Shown: positions 1-10,860, counted from the stretch's first letter. The stretch is 64,000 nucleotides of DNA from Patescibacteria group bacterium (GCA_028716665.1 JAQUPP010000001.1:413046-477045); one strand, 5' to 3'. Translations and numbers: made by a program. The notes: generated by a model from the sequence alone, not told the origin.

Positions 1-224
1 GATTGGGAAAATCTTCCACCAGCGCTATTTCCGATGGTTTTGTTCATGCTTGGACAGCTATTTGTGATAGTAATATTACAACCCTAATTATTTGTTTTAT
101 TCTTTATCAATTAGGTTCAGGCACAGTAAGAGGATTTGGTTTAACTTTGGGCATAGGTATTTTAATCAGTATGTTCACGGCCATTACTGTTACCAGAACA
201 TTCTTAAAATTAGTAACTAAATAA
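1..224 (+). CDS. secD: Protein translocase subunit SecD, C-terminal part (5' truncated by window)
   Basis: DSNITTLI..GSGTVRGFGLTLGIGILISMFTA matches the SecD C-terminus; directly upstream of secF. Confidence 0.93.
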   Translation, partial: LGKSSTSAISDGFVHAWTAICDSNITTLIICFILYQLGSGTVRGFGLTLGIGILISMFTAITVTRTFLKLVTK

Positions 225-231
225 ATTATAT

Positions 232-1119
232 ATGTATAACATTATTGGTCATCGTAAAATTTTCTTTATTATTTCTGGCGTTATTTGCGGTTGTTCAATT
301 TTAGCTTTGATTTTTTGGGGTCTTAAGCCCGGTATTGATTTTACCGGCGGCTCATTAATGGAGATTAAATATTCAACAAACAAACCGGTAAATTCTGAAA
401 TTGTTCAGCAATTATCTCCTCTTAATTTGGGAGAAATTAATATTCAAACCATAGGACAAAATAGTTTTGTTTTAAGATTTAAAGAAATTAATGAGGACAC
501 GCATCAGGCTGTTTTAAGGGCATTAGGCAATAACGCGGAAGAATCTAAATTTGAATCCATTGGTCCGATTATTGGCGGAGAGTTGGTGAGAAAATCTCAA
601 TGGGCTATTATTTTAGCTTTAATGGCAATGTTTCTTTATATTGCTTGGGCTTTTAGAAAGTTGGCTAATTTCTCCCGTCAGGGCGAATATTGGAGATATA
701 GTAGTGGGGCTATAGTTGCTTTGCTGCATAATGTTTTAGTAATGTGTGGTTTTTTTGCTGTTTGGAGTCATTTTAAAGGAGTGGAAATTAATGCTAATTT
801 TATTACCGCTATTTTAACTGTTTTGGGTTATTCTATTAATGATACAATTGTGGTTTTTGACAGAATCAGAGAAAATGTTTTGCTTTATGGCACTCGCAGC
901 ATGGAAGAAACAATCAACAAGAGCATCAATGAAATAATCGTTCGATCTTTAAATACGGGCATGGCTGTAATTTTAGCCTTGATTGCGATTTATTTATTCG
1001 GTGGAGTTTCTCTTCAGGATTTTGCCATTGCAATGATCATCGGTATTAGTGTCGGAACTTATAGCTCCATTGCCATTGCCAGCCCATTTTTACTTTTATT
1101 TAGGAAATCCGCAAAATAA
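232..1119 (+). CDS. secF: Protein translocase subunit SecF
   Basis: GIDFTGG and GYSINDTIVVFDRIRE motifs. Confidence 0.96.
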   Translation: MYNIIGHRKIFFIISGVICGCSILALIFWGLKPGIDFTGGSLMEIKYSTNKPVNSEIVQQLSPLNLGEINIQTIGQNSFVLRFKEINEDTHQAVLRALGNNAEESKFESIGPIIGGELVRKSQWAIILALMAMFLYIAWAFRKLANFSRQGEYWRYSSGAIVALLHNVLVMCGFFAVWSHFKGVEINANFITAILTVLGYSINDTIVVFDRIRENVLLYGTRSMEETINKSINEIIVRSLNTGMAVILALIAIYLFGGVSLQDFAIAMIIGISVGTYSSIAIASPFLLLFRKSAK

Positions 1120-1137
1120 TTTTTTAAGAATTTTGGT

Positions 1138-2223
1138 ATGCGCGTAGCTTTGATTCATGATTTTTTAACTCAATATGGAGGCGCGGAAAAAGTTCTGGAA
1201 GTGTTCCATGAAATTTGGCCCGAAGCGCCGGTTTTTACTTTGCTCTATGACAAAGATACGATGGGCAAGCATTTCAAAGATTATGATATTAAAGTTTCAC
1301 CCATTCAAAATTTGCCTTTCGGCGTTAAAAAATACAGATGGTATCTTCCGTTAATGCAGGCGGCGATTGAAAGATTTAATTTGAATAATTTTGATTTGGT
1401 TATTTCCAATACTTCGGCATATTCCAAGGGAGTGATTACCAAACCTCATACCCGTTTTATCTGTTATTGTTTGACTCCAACTCGTTATTTATGGTCAGAT
1501 ACTTATGAATATCTTGAAGGCTTGACCGGAGCAGAGCGATTGGTGAAAAAATTTTTGCCTTCAATATTGACTGATTTGAGAAAATGGGATTTTATTGCCG
1601 CGCAAAGACCGGATTTCATGATCGCTATTTCAAAATTTGTCGCTCAGAGAATTCAAAAATATTATCGCCGTCAACCGGAAACGATAATTTACCCCCCGGT
1701 TGATACGGATAAATTTCATATCTCAAATGAAATAGGCGATTACTTTTTAATGGTTTCGCGATTCAGACCTTATAAAAAAGTTGATTTGGTTATTCAGACT
1801 TTTAATAAATTAAAAATACCTTTAAAACTTATCGGTATTGGCGAAGACAAAGCAATGAGAAAAATCGCCGGTCCGAATATAGAATTTTTGGGTTTTGTTT
1901 CAGAGAAAGAAAAAGCTCATTATTTATCACATTGCAAAGCGTTTATTCATCCACAAGAAGAAGATTTCGGTATTACGGTTGTTGAAGCAATGGCCAGCGG
2001 TCGACCCGTAATCGCTTATAAAGCGGGTGGCGCACTTGAAACCGTGATTGAAGGAGAAACCGGAGAATTTTTTGACGAGCAGAATTGGGAAAATTTAGCC
2101 GAAACCATTATTAAATTCAAACCGGAAAATTATAATCCGGAAAAAATCCGTTCTCATGCTTTGAAATTTAACAAAGAAAGATTTAAAAAAGAATTTTTAG
2201 AATTTATCAATTCCCATGTTTAA
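1138..2223 (+). CDS. Glycosyltransferase family 4
   Basis: GGAEKVL N-terminus, EDFGITVVEAMASGRPVI GT-B motif. Confidence 0.92.
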   Translation: MRVALIHDFLTQYGGAEKVLEVFHEIWPEAPVFTLLYDKDTMGKHFKDYDIKVSPIQNLPFGVKKYRWYLPLMQAAIERFNLNNFDLVISNTSAYSKGVITKPHTRFICYCLTPTRYLWSDTYEYLEGLTGAERLVKKFLPSILTDLRKWDFIAAQRPDFMIAISKFVAQRIQKYYRRQPETIIYPPVDTDKFHISNEIGDYFLMVSRFRPYKKVDLVIQTFNKLKIPLKLIGIGEDKAMRKIAGPNIEFLGFVSEKEKAHYLSHCKAFIHPQEEDFGITVVEAMASGRPVIAYKAGGALETVIEGETGEFFDEQNWENLAETIIKFKPENYNPEKIRSHALKFNKERFKKEFLEFINSHV

Positions 2224-3796
2224 AAGATTTTTTAAATTGGAATCAACCGTTGCCGGCGGAGCAATAATTATTGCTCTTTTTTCTATTTTGAGCCGCTTGC
2301 TCGGGCTCTTGAGAGATCGTTTATTAAGCGCTCATTTTGGCGCCGGTAAAATTCTGGACGCTTATTATGCCGCTTTCAGATTGCCGGATTTGGTTTTTAA
2401 TACTTTGGTTTTAGGAGCGCTCTCGGTTGCTTTTATTCCGGTTTTTTTGGAATATTTTGCCAAAGATAAAAAAGAGGCCTTTAAAGTTGCCAATTCCTTA
2501 TTAAATATTTTATTGACAGCCATTTTATTTTTAGTGGTTGTCTTTTTTATTTTTGCTCCCGTTTTGACTAAATTAATGGTGCCGGGTTTTGATTTGGAGA
2601 CCAGATTATTAACCATTAAATTGACAAGAATAATGCTGATTAGTATTTTATTTTTTACAATCAGCAATATCGCCGGCAGTATTTTAAATTCTTTCAAAAA
2701 ATGGTTAGCTTACAGTTTGGCATCAATAATGTATAATTTGGGAATTATTTTCGGTATTGTATTTTTGGTGAAAAAAATGGGATTTGTCGGTTTGGCTTGG
2801 GGCGTGGTTCTGGGCGCGTTTTTACATCTTTTAATTCAAATTCCAAGTCTTTTTAAAACCGGTTATCGGCCACAATTTATTTTCAATTGGCGACATCCGG
2901 CTGTTAAAAAAATCAGTGTTTTAATGTTGCCTCGTTGTTTTGCTTTGGGGATCAGGCAATTTAATTTGATTGCCACCACTTTTATTGCTTCTTCAATTGC
3001 CGTTGGCGCGGTGGCTGTTTACAATTTGGCTTTTAATTTGGTCAGTTTTCCAATCGGTATTTTTGGCGTTTCTTTGGCCTTGGCTGTTTTTCCGGTTTTA
3101 AGCCAAAGTTTTATTGACGGAGATAAAGCTCTTTTTACCCATCAAATTTCTAAAACAATAAGAAGAATTTTATATTTGATAATTCCCGCTACGGCCTTGT
3201 TTATTATTTTAAAAACTCAAATAGTCAGATTGATTTTAGGAACAGGCGCTTTTTCTCAGCAAGACATTATTTTAACCGCTCAAGCTTTGGCTTGGTTTTC
3301 AATTTCTTTATTTTCTGAAAGTTTAATTCCGGTTTTTGCCAGAGCTTTTTATGCCATTCAAGATACGAAAACTCCGACCATTATTGCCGCAGTCAGTTTT
3401 GTGATAAATATTATCGGTTGCATTATTTTTGGACACTTGATGAAAATCAGCGGTTTGGCATTGGCTTTTTCAATTTCTTCCGTTATAAATATCGGCTTGC
3501 TTTATTTTTATCTTAATAAAAAAATCGGCGATTTCGGAAAAAAAGAAATATTTTTATCATTTGGACGAATTATTTTTGTTTCTCTGGCTATGGCGAGTTT
3601 TGTCCAGATTATAAGTCATAAGATGGCATTACTGCTAAATCTACAAACTTTTACCGGCGTTTTAATTCAAAGTACTTGCGCTTTGATCGGCGGTATTTTA
3701 TTTTATTTGATTATTACTTTTATTTTGCAATTTCCGGAAGTGGAAATTGTTCATCAATTTGTTGTTAGAAAATTTAAGTTTCGTTCTAAAAATTAA
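2216..3796 (+). CDS. murJ: Lipid II flippase MurJ
   Basis: SRLLGLLRD, AAFRLPD, RAFYA..DTKTP; multi-TM. Confidence 0.93.
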   Translation: MFKRFFKLESTVAGGAIIIALFSILSRLLGLLRDRLLSAHFGAGKILDAYYAAFRLPDLVFNTLVLGALSVAFIPVFLEYFAKDKKEAFKVANSLLNILLTAILFLVVVFFIFAPVLTKLMVPGFDLETRLLTIKLTRIMLISILFFTISNIAGSILNSFKKWLAYSLASIMYNLGIIFGIVFLVKKMGFVGLAWGVVLGAFLHLLIQIPSLFKTGYRPQFIFNWRHPAVKKISVLMLPRCFALGIRQFNLIATTFIASSIAVGAVAVYNLAFNLVSFPIGIFGVSLALAVFPVLSQSFIDGDKALFTHQISKTIRRILYLIIPATALFIILKTQIVRLILGTGAFSQQDIILTAQALAWFSISLFSESLIPVFARAFYAIQDTKTPTIIAAVSFVINIIGCIIFGHLMKISGLALAFSISSVINIGLLYFYLNKKIGDFGKKEIFLSFGRIIFVSLAMASFVQIISHKMALLLNLQTFTGVLIQSTCALIGGILFYLIITFILQFPEVEIVHQFVVRKFKFRSKN

Positions 3797-3797
3797 T

Positions 3798-5615
3798 ATG
3801 GAAACAAAACGGGTGCGCAATTTTTGCATTATCAGTCACGTAGATCACGGCAAATCAACTTTAGCCGATCGTTTTTTGGAATTTACTAATACAATCACCA
3901 AAGACAAAATGAAGCCCCAATATTTGGATTTGATGCCGCTGGAGAGAGAACGAGGCATAACCATTAAGCTTCAGCCCGTAACCATGAAATATTCTTATCA
4001 GGGAGAGGTTTATACTTTTAATTTGATTGATACACCCGGCCATGTTGATTTTTCTTATGAAGTTTCGCGTTCTTTAGCCGCGGTTGAAGGAGCGATTCTG
4101 TTGGTTGATATAAGTCAGGGGATTCAAGCTCAAACTTTGGCAAATCTTCATTTGGCCAAGAAACAAGGATTAACCATTATTCCGGTTGTTAATAAAATTG
4201 ATTTGCCTAATTTTGACTTGGAAGCTGTGAAAGAAGAATTGGCGAATCTTTTAAATATTGATAAATCTGAAATTATTTGCATTTCCGCCAAAAAAGGAAT
4301 CGGCATAGAAAAAGTTTTGGAAGCGGTGATAAAAAAAGTTCCTGAGCCGAAAGATGAATCAAAACAATCTTTTCAAGCTCTTATTTTTGATTCTCATTTT
4401 GACGAATATAAGGGAGTGCTTTTGCATGTCAGAGTGTTTAAAGGAGTTATTAAAATAGATAATAGAATTAAATTATTGGGTAGTGGAGTGATTTTTCCGA
4501 CCCTGGAAGTTGGTATTTTCAGTCCAAGTCTAAAAAAACAGGATAAACTTGAAGCGGGCGACATCGGTTACATAGTGACCGGTCTTAAAGAAATTGAAAA
4601 ATGTCGGGTCGGTGATACGGCCGCTTGTTTTCCATCCCAGATAACCGCGCTTGAAGGTTATAAAGAACCGCAACCAATGGTTTTTGCCAGTATTTATCCA
4701 AAAGAAGGAACCAAAAAAGAATTATTGCGCCAAGCTTTAAGCAAATTAAAATTAAATGATGCCAGTTTGACTTTTGAGCCGATCGGCTCAGTGGCTGATC
4801 AATCTGTCTTTGGAATGGGATTCAGGGTCGGTTTTCTCGGACTTTTGCATTTGGATATTGTAAAAGAAAGATTAAAAAGAGAATATGGACTTGATTTGGT
4901 TATCACTTCGCCGAGCGTATCTTATAATATAAAATTAAAAACAGGAAAAAGTAAACTTATTTATTCACCGACGGAATTTCCAGATCCGAGTCAGGTTGAT
5001 AAAATCGAAGAACCATGGGTTAAGATTGATATTGTCACGCCGATTACCTATATCGGTTCAATTATGGAATTGTTAAGAGGATATTTGGGGATTTTCTTGT
5101 CATTGGAATATATTTCCGGCGAAAAATATGGGAAATTTCAGAGGGCCGTTCTTCATTACGAAATGCCATTAGCTTTGCTTTTGGTTGATTTTTACGACAA
5201 ACTTAAAAGTATAACCAGCGGTTATACTTCTTACAGTTATGATTTTATGGGCTATCGGCCGACCGATGTGGTTAAACTGGACATATTGGTTGCCGGCGAC
5301 GTAATAGAGCAATTATCCAGCATTGTTTATAGAGATTGGGCTCTTCGTTCAGGCCGCAGAATTGTCGGATCCTTGAAAGAAATTCTGCCGCGTCAGCTTT
5401 TCGAAGTTAAACTTCAAGCCGCGGTTGGCGGAAAAATTTTAGCCTCGGAAAAAATATCACCTCTTCGTAAAGACGTGACGGCGAAATTATACGGAGGCGA
5501 CGTGACCCGCAAAAATAAATTATTGGATAAGCAAAAAAAAGGAAAACAAAAAATGGCGCGCTTGGGAAAAGTTGATATTCCACCAGAAGCATACTTGGCT
5601 ATCATAAAAAAATAG
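3798..5615 (+). CDS. lepA: Elongation factor 4 (LepA)
   Basis: HVDHGKSTLADR, DTPGHVDF, KLYGGDVTRK; start moved to ATG 3798 after the murJ stop. Confidence 0.96.
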   Translation: METKRVRNFCIISHVDHGKSTLADRFLEFTNTITKDKMKPQYLDLMPLERERGITIKLQPVTMKYSYQGEVYTFNLIDTPGHVDFSYEVSRSLAAVEGAILLVDISQGIQAQTLANLHLAKKQGLTIIPVVNKIDLPNFDLEAVKEELANLLNIDKSEIICISAKKGIGIEKVLEAVIKKVPEPKDESKQSFQALIFDSHFDEYKGVLLHVRVFKGVIKIDNRIKLLGSGVIFPTLEVGIFSPSLKKQDKLEAGDIGYIVTGLKEIEKCRVGDTAACFPSQITALEGYKEPQPMVFASIYPKEGTKKELLRQALSKLKLNDASLTFEPIGSVADQSVFGMGFRVGFLGLLHLDIVKERLKREYGLDLVITSPSVSYNIKLKTGKSKLIYSPTEFPDPSQVDKIEEPWVKIDIVTPITYIGSIMELLRGYLGIFLSLEYISGEKYGKFQRAVLHYEMPLALLLVDFYDKLKSITSGYTSYSYDFMGYRPTDVVKLDILVAGDVIEQLSSIVYRDWALRSGRRIVGSLKEILPRQLFEVKLQAAVGGKILASEKISPLRKDVTAKLYGGDVTRKNKLLDKQKKGKQKMARLGKVDIPPEAYLAIIKK

Positions 5616-5619
5616 ATTT

Positions 5620-6024
5620 ATGATAAAGAAGAAATCAAATTTTAGAAAAATAATTGCTTCCAGAAGTTTGTTTTATTTATTGATATTAGTTTTAATTTTC
5701 AGTTTGATAACGGCGATCCAAGAAATAAATCAGCAGATAAAATTGAAAAAAGAACTTTCAAAATTGGAAGCCCAAAATTCTTTATTGGAAAAAGAGAATA
5801 AAGAAGCCATTGATAAAATAGAGAAAATGCAAACTGATTATTTTCAAGAAAAAGTCGCTCGTGAAAAATTAGGCTTGCAAAAACCGGGAGAGCAGGTAGT
5901 GGTTATAACTTCTCAAAATACTCAAACTGACCAGACAGCAAAATCAATCAACAAAAGTTTTAATGAAAAAATATCTAATTTGAAAAACTGGTTTAATTAT
6001 TTTTTCCCAAATTCTTCCCGCTAA
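5620..6024 (+). CDS. Septum formation initiator (FtsB/DivIC family)
   Basis: N-terminal TM, coiled coil, AREKLGLQKPGE motif. Confidence 0.85.
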   Translation: MIKKKSNFRKIIASRSLFYLLILVLIFSLITAIQEINQQIKLKKELSKLEAQNSLLEKENKEAIDKIEKMQTDYFQEKVAREKLGLQKPGEQVVVITSQNTQTDQTAKSINKSFNEKISNLKNWFNYFFPNSSR

Positions 6025-6043
6025 AAGCGGGACTAGAATTTGG
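6007..6043. repeat. Nested palindrome at end of the ftsB-like gene
   Basis: CCAAATTCT-TCCCGCTAAAAGCGGGA-CT-AGAATTTGG. Confidence 0.6.
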
Positions 6044-6046
6044 AGA

Positions 6047-6161
6047 ACCCTCACACCAAACTTAACATTAAACTTTTTATTTTAAACTAATAAAGCCGTA
6101 GGCGTTTCGCTCTACGGCTTTATTAGTTTGGATAATATAACGATGAGTTTGGTGTGCGGGG
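6047..6161. mobile_element. MITE-like palindromic element
   Basis: Arms CCCTCACACCAAACT / AGTTTGGTGTGCGGG with a long internal hairpin AAACTAATAAAGCCGTAG..CTACGGCTTTATTAGTTT; no TSD seen. Confidence 0.6.
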
Positions 6162-6235
6162 TTTAAATAAAAGTATTATAAATAATAAAATCGGAAGTTA
6201 AACTTCCGATTTTATTATTTTCTAAATTACTGATT

Positions 6236-7591
6236 TTAGTAAAGGTATCCCCAGGTTTGCAATTTGTCCGAATCTTCAGACCATTTTGATCCGATATCAA
6301 CCCGATAAAACATATTGGGCACCATAATATTTTTAATTCTTGAATAAACTTGTTCTCTGGCGTCGTCCATGGTTGTGCCGGAACCGGTAACAACCAACAA
6401 GCATCCTGAATCACCGGCAACTCGCCAAGCGCCCTCTGTCATTTTAACATCTTCTATATGAATGCCGTCCAAGTTGTCTGGTTTTTTGAAAAGTATCGGT
6501 AAGTCTTTATAAGTTTCAATTACTGATTTATCACTGGTAAAATAAGTTGGAAGCATAATTCTTGTTCCAATTTGAAATCCTTTTTTTGTTTTTAATTCAA
6601 AATTTTCTCCTTTGGCCAGTTTTTCCAGCCATTCGCCGGTTGGAGTGGTTATTCCCTCCAATTGAATTTGAAGGATTGGATAACCGAAGCGAGATGTAAA
6701 TTCAAGGGGATAAATACCTCGTCCATTAACTATACAATTTAAATCAATATAACCGCGATAACCGGATTGCGCCAAGGCGGGTTTCATTTTTTCCAAAGTT
6801 GCTTCAAAAATGGGATTGGTTTTAGCCCAAAATACAGCTGTACCCATTTCTCCGGTAAAAGGACCAAGGTCTCCGGGGAATAATCTTTTGTGTTCAAAAT
6901 TGACAATAACCGGTTTAATGAATTCTTGACCGTTGAAAAATGCTCCTACGGCAATTTCTACACCGGAGACGCATTTTTGAAGTTGGAAGACCGGTGCTTT
7001 TTTTTGCCAAACTTCTTTATTTTTTTCAAGCAAAGCTAAAATGTCGCGGCCATCATCCTCTTGTCCTAAAAATAACAATCCCTTGCCGCCGGACGGAGTA
7101 TTACCGGAAGGTTTAAAAACATAAAGGCCGGGATTGGTTTTAATAAAATTAATTGCCTCGTCATAATTTGAAAAATTATAATGAGGCAGAATGTTAATTC
7201 CGTATTTTTTTAATTCTGTTTGTCCGAATTCGCGATCTATTTCCAATTGATCAGTGTAAACAGAGCCGCCGATAACAGGTTTTCCGGCTTGGCGCAATTT
7301 TTCCGCATCAGGTCCGAATTCCACGTCGTCGAAAATAACAACATCGCACCAATCTACATATTTTTTCCAATCATCAATTTTTTCTACGAATCCGTCATAA
7401 GCATCTGCATCTGATTTGGCTTTAATATAGCATTTAACTTCATGTCCTTCTTTTTTTATTTGCCAAGCCAAATCGCCGCTTAAACTTTCCAATGAAATGA
7501 AAAGAAATTTTAATTTTTTCTTTTCTTGACTTCCATTAGTTTCGGAGATTTTTTCAGAACTGTTATTTTGTTTTTTTATTTCTTCTGTCAT
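6236..7591 (-). CDS. Phosphoribosylamine-glycine ligase-like ATP-grasp protein
   Basis: EHKRLFPGDLGPFTGEMG, LEFTSRFGYP, YRVDIG resemble PurD; N-terminus atypical and no other pur genes nearby. Confidence 0.75.
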   Translation of the reverse strand: MTEEIKKQNNSSEKISETNGSQEKKKLKFLFISLESLSGDLAWQIKKEGHEVKCYIKAKSDADAYDGFVEKIDDWKKYVDWCDVVIFDDVEFGPDAEKLRQAGKPVIGGSVYTDQLEIDREFGQTELKKYGINILPHYNFSNYDEAINFIKTNPGLYVFKPSGNTPSGGKGLLFLGQEDDGRDILALLEKNKEVWQKKAPVFQLQKCVSGVEIAVGAFFNGQEFIKPVIVNFEHKRLFPGDLGPFTGEMGTAVFWAKTNPIFEATLEKMKPALAQSGYRGYIDLNCIVNGRGIYPLEFTSRFGYPILQIQLEGITTPTGEWLEKLAKGENFELKTKKGFQIGTRIMLPTYFTSDKSVIETYKDLPILFKKPDNLDGIHIEDVKMTEGAWRVAGDSGCLLVVTGSGTTMDDAREQVYSRIKNIMVPNMFYRVDIGSKWSEDSDKLQTWGYLY

Positions 7592-7673
7592 AATATTTTT
7601 AATTGTAAATCTTTTTTAACTATTCGTCAAAATTTTTTATGTGGATAAGTATGAAAAATTTTATTTAACTTGA

Positions 7674-7817
7674 CCCCATCACATTGGAAATTATAAAAAT
7701 TACTGTCTTTCGTTTTTTATATACATGTTAATTTCTAATCTGAATTGGATATTTATTTTAATTTTTACTTTTTAAATCGTAATTTTCAAGAAAGACAATA
7801 ATTTCCTTGTGATGGGG
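7674..7817. mobile_element. TTGA-targeting MITE-like element, family A
   Basis: TIR CCCCATCACA/TGTGATGGGG, TTGA duplicated at 7670-7673 and 7818-7821; interior homologous to 53696 and 56049 copies. Confidence 0.85.
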
Positions 7818-7875
7818 TTGACAAATTGAATTTTTTTGCTAACCTTTAAATATAAGATAAAAATAATTTAAACAT

Positions 7876-9024
7876 ATGTTTAAAGAGAAAATATTTTCTG
7901 AAAATCAAACAGAGAAAGAATCAGAAATTTTATTTTTGGGAAAAATTGAAGTTGCTAAAAAATCTTTAGAAAATTCTTTAAAATTAAAACCGGAAGAAAA
8001 AGTTTTATTTCTCAAGGATGAGAAAACCAATCTCGAAGTAGCTTCAATCTTAGAAAAAGCAGTTAGCGAGATAGGTTCTGAATTTCAAGAAATTTTATTG
8101 GATAAACAAACCAGAAGAGAAGAGATAAAAGAACTGCTTAAAAAATTCAAAGTTGTGATTGATGTATCTGAGAAAATGTACCCGGCTATTGATAATCTTT
8201 CAGACAAAGACATTGTAGAATATGGCAACCGCCTTTTGACCATTTTGGATCTGGGGGTTGATGCTTTTAAAAAAGATGGAGCATTAGATGAAAATTTAGA
8301 TGATTTAGAGTATAGGCTTAACAAAATGGAGGCGGTTTTGAAAGATGCCAGAGGTTTTAAGATTACTTCAAATTACGGGACAAATTTAGAAGTAGGATTG
8401 CGTCCATCTCATGAAAGACGGTGGTTTAAAGACGGGGGAGTTTTGGATAAACCTGGTCAATGGGGTAACTTTGTGGGTGGAGAAATTTTCACTACACCCG
8501 ACGAGAGAACAGTGAATGGAATTTTAATTTTACCTGTTTTAGAATCAATTATTACCTCGGATCAAGGAGTTGACGAGTTTGTTAAGATTAATATTAAAAA
8601 TGGATTAATTGCTTCTATCGAAGGCGGTAAATCAGCCGAAAAATTGAAGTCTGATTTAAAAGAGGATATGCAAGATGAGGTTAAAGAGAGCGGTAAACCG
8701 TTAAATGTTTTAAGAGTGGCGGAAATTGCATTTGGAGCAAACAGTAAGGCTCGGAGCACTGTTTCTGACCCCGAACAACCTTATGATTTTCCGGGTGTTT
8801 CAATAATTGAAGCGGAAAAAAGATTTGGAACAATGCATCTTGCTTTTGGTGATTCTAAGCATGGAGAGAAGGGTACTGAAGGATTTGAGACGGCTACTTC
8901 GCATTATGATTTTGTTATTCCAAGAAATGGTTTAACGGTTGAAATGTTTACCAGAGAAGAAGATTGGAAAAAGAAAAATAATGGTAAAAAAATAATTTCA
9001 AACGGCGGTTTAAATTTTTTCTAA
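7876..9024 (+). CDS. Peptidase M29/aminopeptidase T-like metalloprotein
   Basis: GNFVGGEIFTTP, VAEIAFGAN, EKRFGTMHLAFG, HYD motifs. Confidence 0.75.
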   Translation: MFKEKIFSENQTEKESEILFLGKIEVAKKSLENSLKLKPEEKVLFLKDEKTNLEVASILEKAVSEIGSEFQEILLDKQTRREEIKELLKKFKVVIDVSEKMYPAIDNLSDKDIVEYGNRLLTILDLGVDAFKKDGALDENLDDLEYRLNKMEAVLKDARGFKITSNYGTNLEVGLRPSHERRWFKDGGVLDKPGQWGNFVGGEIFTTPDERTVNGILILPVLESIITSDQGVDEFVKINIKNGLIASIEGGKSAEKLKSDLKEDMQDEVKESGKPLNVLRVAEIAFGANSKARSTVSDPEQPYDFPGVSIIEAEKRFGTMHLAFGDSKHGEKGTEGFETATSHYDFVIPRNGLTVEMFTREEDWKKKNNGKKIISNGGLNFF

Positions 9025-9180
9025 AATAAAAAGTATTGACAAATTTTTATTTTTTTGTTATTATCAAGCGAGTGAGAGAAATGAAAATAATAGATTTTCA
9101 TTTCCGATCCGCCAGTTGGCGGAGCAGATATCAAATGGTTTAATAACCTTTATTATAAAATTAAATAAAAAGGAGGTGAA

Positions 9181-9351
9181 ATGAGTAAGAAAAAGGCAGG
9201 ATCGTCAGGGGGCGACAAAAGGATAAAGGAGTTGAATTATTTTCGCCGCAATCTGGTTAAGGGCGATATTAATCTGCGAAAGACTGATATCTCAAGACCT
9301 GTAAAACGGACATTGCAAAATTATTCACGCAGAAACGGATATTCAAAATAA
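9181..9351 (+). CDS. Small basic hypothetical protein (56 aa, MSKKKAGSSGG..), not in ORF track
   Basis: AGGAGGTG RBS, open frame, upstream TTGACA promoter, followed by hairpin GTGCCCCGT..ACGGGGCAC and T tract. Confidence 0.6.
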   Translation: MSKKKAGSSGGDKRIKELNYFRRNLVKGDINLRKTDISRPVKRTLQNYSRRNGYSK

Positions 9352-9439
9352 TGTGATTGTGCCCCGTATAAAACGGGGCACTTTTTATATAATCAACTTG
9401 TCTACAAACTGATTATCTGATATAATAATTTTAATTGAT

Positions 9440-9967
9440 ATGGACTATTTTTTATTGATAAAAATTAATCATTTGGCCGGCGAGTGGATTGCATTTGATC
9501 AATTTGGCATTATTTGCGCTGATGGGTTGATTTTCTTTATCCCCCTGATTATTCTTTTGGTTTATTATTTATCACCCAGAAGAAAAGAAATCAGTTTAAT
9601 GGTTTTAAAAATAGTCGGAACTATCGCTTGCGGGCTCTTGATAAATAATTTTATTGGTTTATTTTGGCATCGTTTCCGTCCTTTTGTGGACCATAGAGAG
9701 GTTTTTCAGTTGATTAAATTTTTAGCCAGCCCGGAAGATTATTCTTTCCCGTCATATCACACGACTATCAGTTTTATCATGGCTCTGACCGTATTTAAAG
9801 ATTGGAAAAAATTCGGCATAATTTTATTGGTTTTAGCTTTATTGGTTGGCATTAGTAGAATTTTTGTCGGTGTTCATTGGCCAACTGATATTTTAGGAGG
9901 CATTATATCAGCAATTTTAAGCGTATTTATCACTCAAGCTATTTTTAAAAAATTATGGAAACTCTAA
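9440..9967 (+). CDS. PAP2 family phosphatase (BcrC-like)
   Basis: RFRP, SFPSYH, SRIFVGVHWPTD motifs. Confidence 0.9.
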   Translation: MDYFLLIKINHLAGEWIAFDQFGIICADGLIFFIPLIILLVYYLSPRRKEISLMVLKIVGTIACGLLINNFIGLFWHRFRPFVDHREVFQLIKFLASPEDYSFPSYHTTISFIMALTVFKDWKKFGIILLVLALLVGISRIFVGVHWPTDILGGIISAILSVFITQAIFKKLWKL

Positions 9968-10860
9968 AAGATTTATTAAAAAAACCGGAACATTTTGCGC
10001 CCGGTCATCGAACTTGCCGCGGATGCGCTATCCCGATTATTGTTCGGTCTGTTTTGCGAGCAACTGATAATCCAGTGGTGGTGGTTAATGCCACGGGATG
10101 CATGGAAGTTACGACCACTCTTTATCCTCAAACTTCCTGGAATATGCCTTATATGCATAATGCTTTTGAAAACGCGCCGGCAACCATGAGCGGTATTTTG
10201 GCGGTTTATCAGCATTTAAAAGAAAAAAAGAAAATTCCTGAAAATGTTAAATTTGTTGTTTTTGGCGGTGACGGTTCCACTTATGATATCGGGCTTCAAT
10301 CACTTTCCGGAGCATGGGAAAGAGGAGATAATTTTTTATATGTTTGTTATGACAATCAAGTTTATAGCAATACCGGAGGACAAAGATCTTCTGCTACGCC
10401 ACTCGGCGCTTCAACTTCAACTACTCCGGCCGGAAAAATAGAATCCAGAAAAGATATTATGAAAATCGCCGCGGCTCATAATTTGCCTTATTTGGCTCAG
10501 GCCGCAATTCATAATTGGTTTGATTTGCACCAAAAAGCAAAAAAGGCCTTTAATACCAATGGCCCGACTTTTTTGAATATTTTATGTCCTTGCGTGGCGA
10601 ATTGGAAATATAATTCCGATTTGACTGTGAAAATGTCGCAACTTGCCACAGAAACTTGTTTTTGGCCGCTTTATGAAATAGAAAATGGCGTTTACAAATT
10701 AAATTATCAACCAAGAGAAAAACTTCCGGTTGAAGAATTTCTAAAATTTCAAGGAAGATTTAAAAATTTATTTTCTTCCAAAGATAAAAATAATTTAATT
10801 AAGATTCAGCAGGAGATTGATAAAAGGTGGCAGGAACTGACAGGGAAGTGTCCAAGGTAA
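9955..10860 (+). CDS. porB: Pyruvate/2-oxoacid:ferredoxin oxidoreductase beta subunit
   Basis: GHRTCRGC, ATGCME, GGDG..YDIG TPP motif, YSNTGGQRS. Confidence 0.9.
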   Translation: METLKDLLKKPEHFAPGHRTCRGCAIPIIVRSVLRATDNPVVVVNATGCMEVTTTLYPQTSWNMPYMHNAFENAPATMSGILAVYQHLKEKKKIPENVKFVVFGGDGSTYDIGLQSLSGAWERGDNFLYVCYDNQVYSNTGGQRSSATPLGASTSTTPAGKIESRKDIMKIAAAHNLPYLAQAAIHNWFDLHQKAKKAFNTNGPTFLNILCPCVANWKYNSDLTVKMSQLATETCFWPLYEIENGVYKLNYQPREKLPVEEFLKFQGRFKNLFSSKDKNNLIKIQQEIDKRWQELTGKCPR

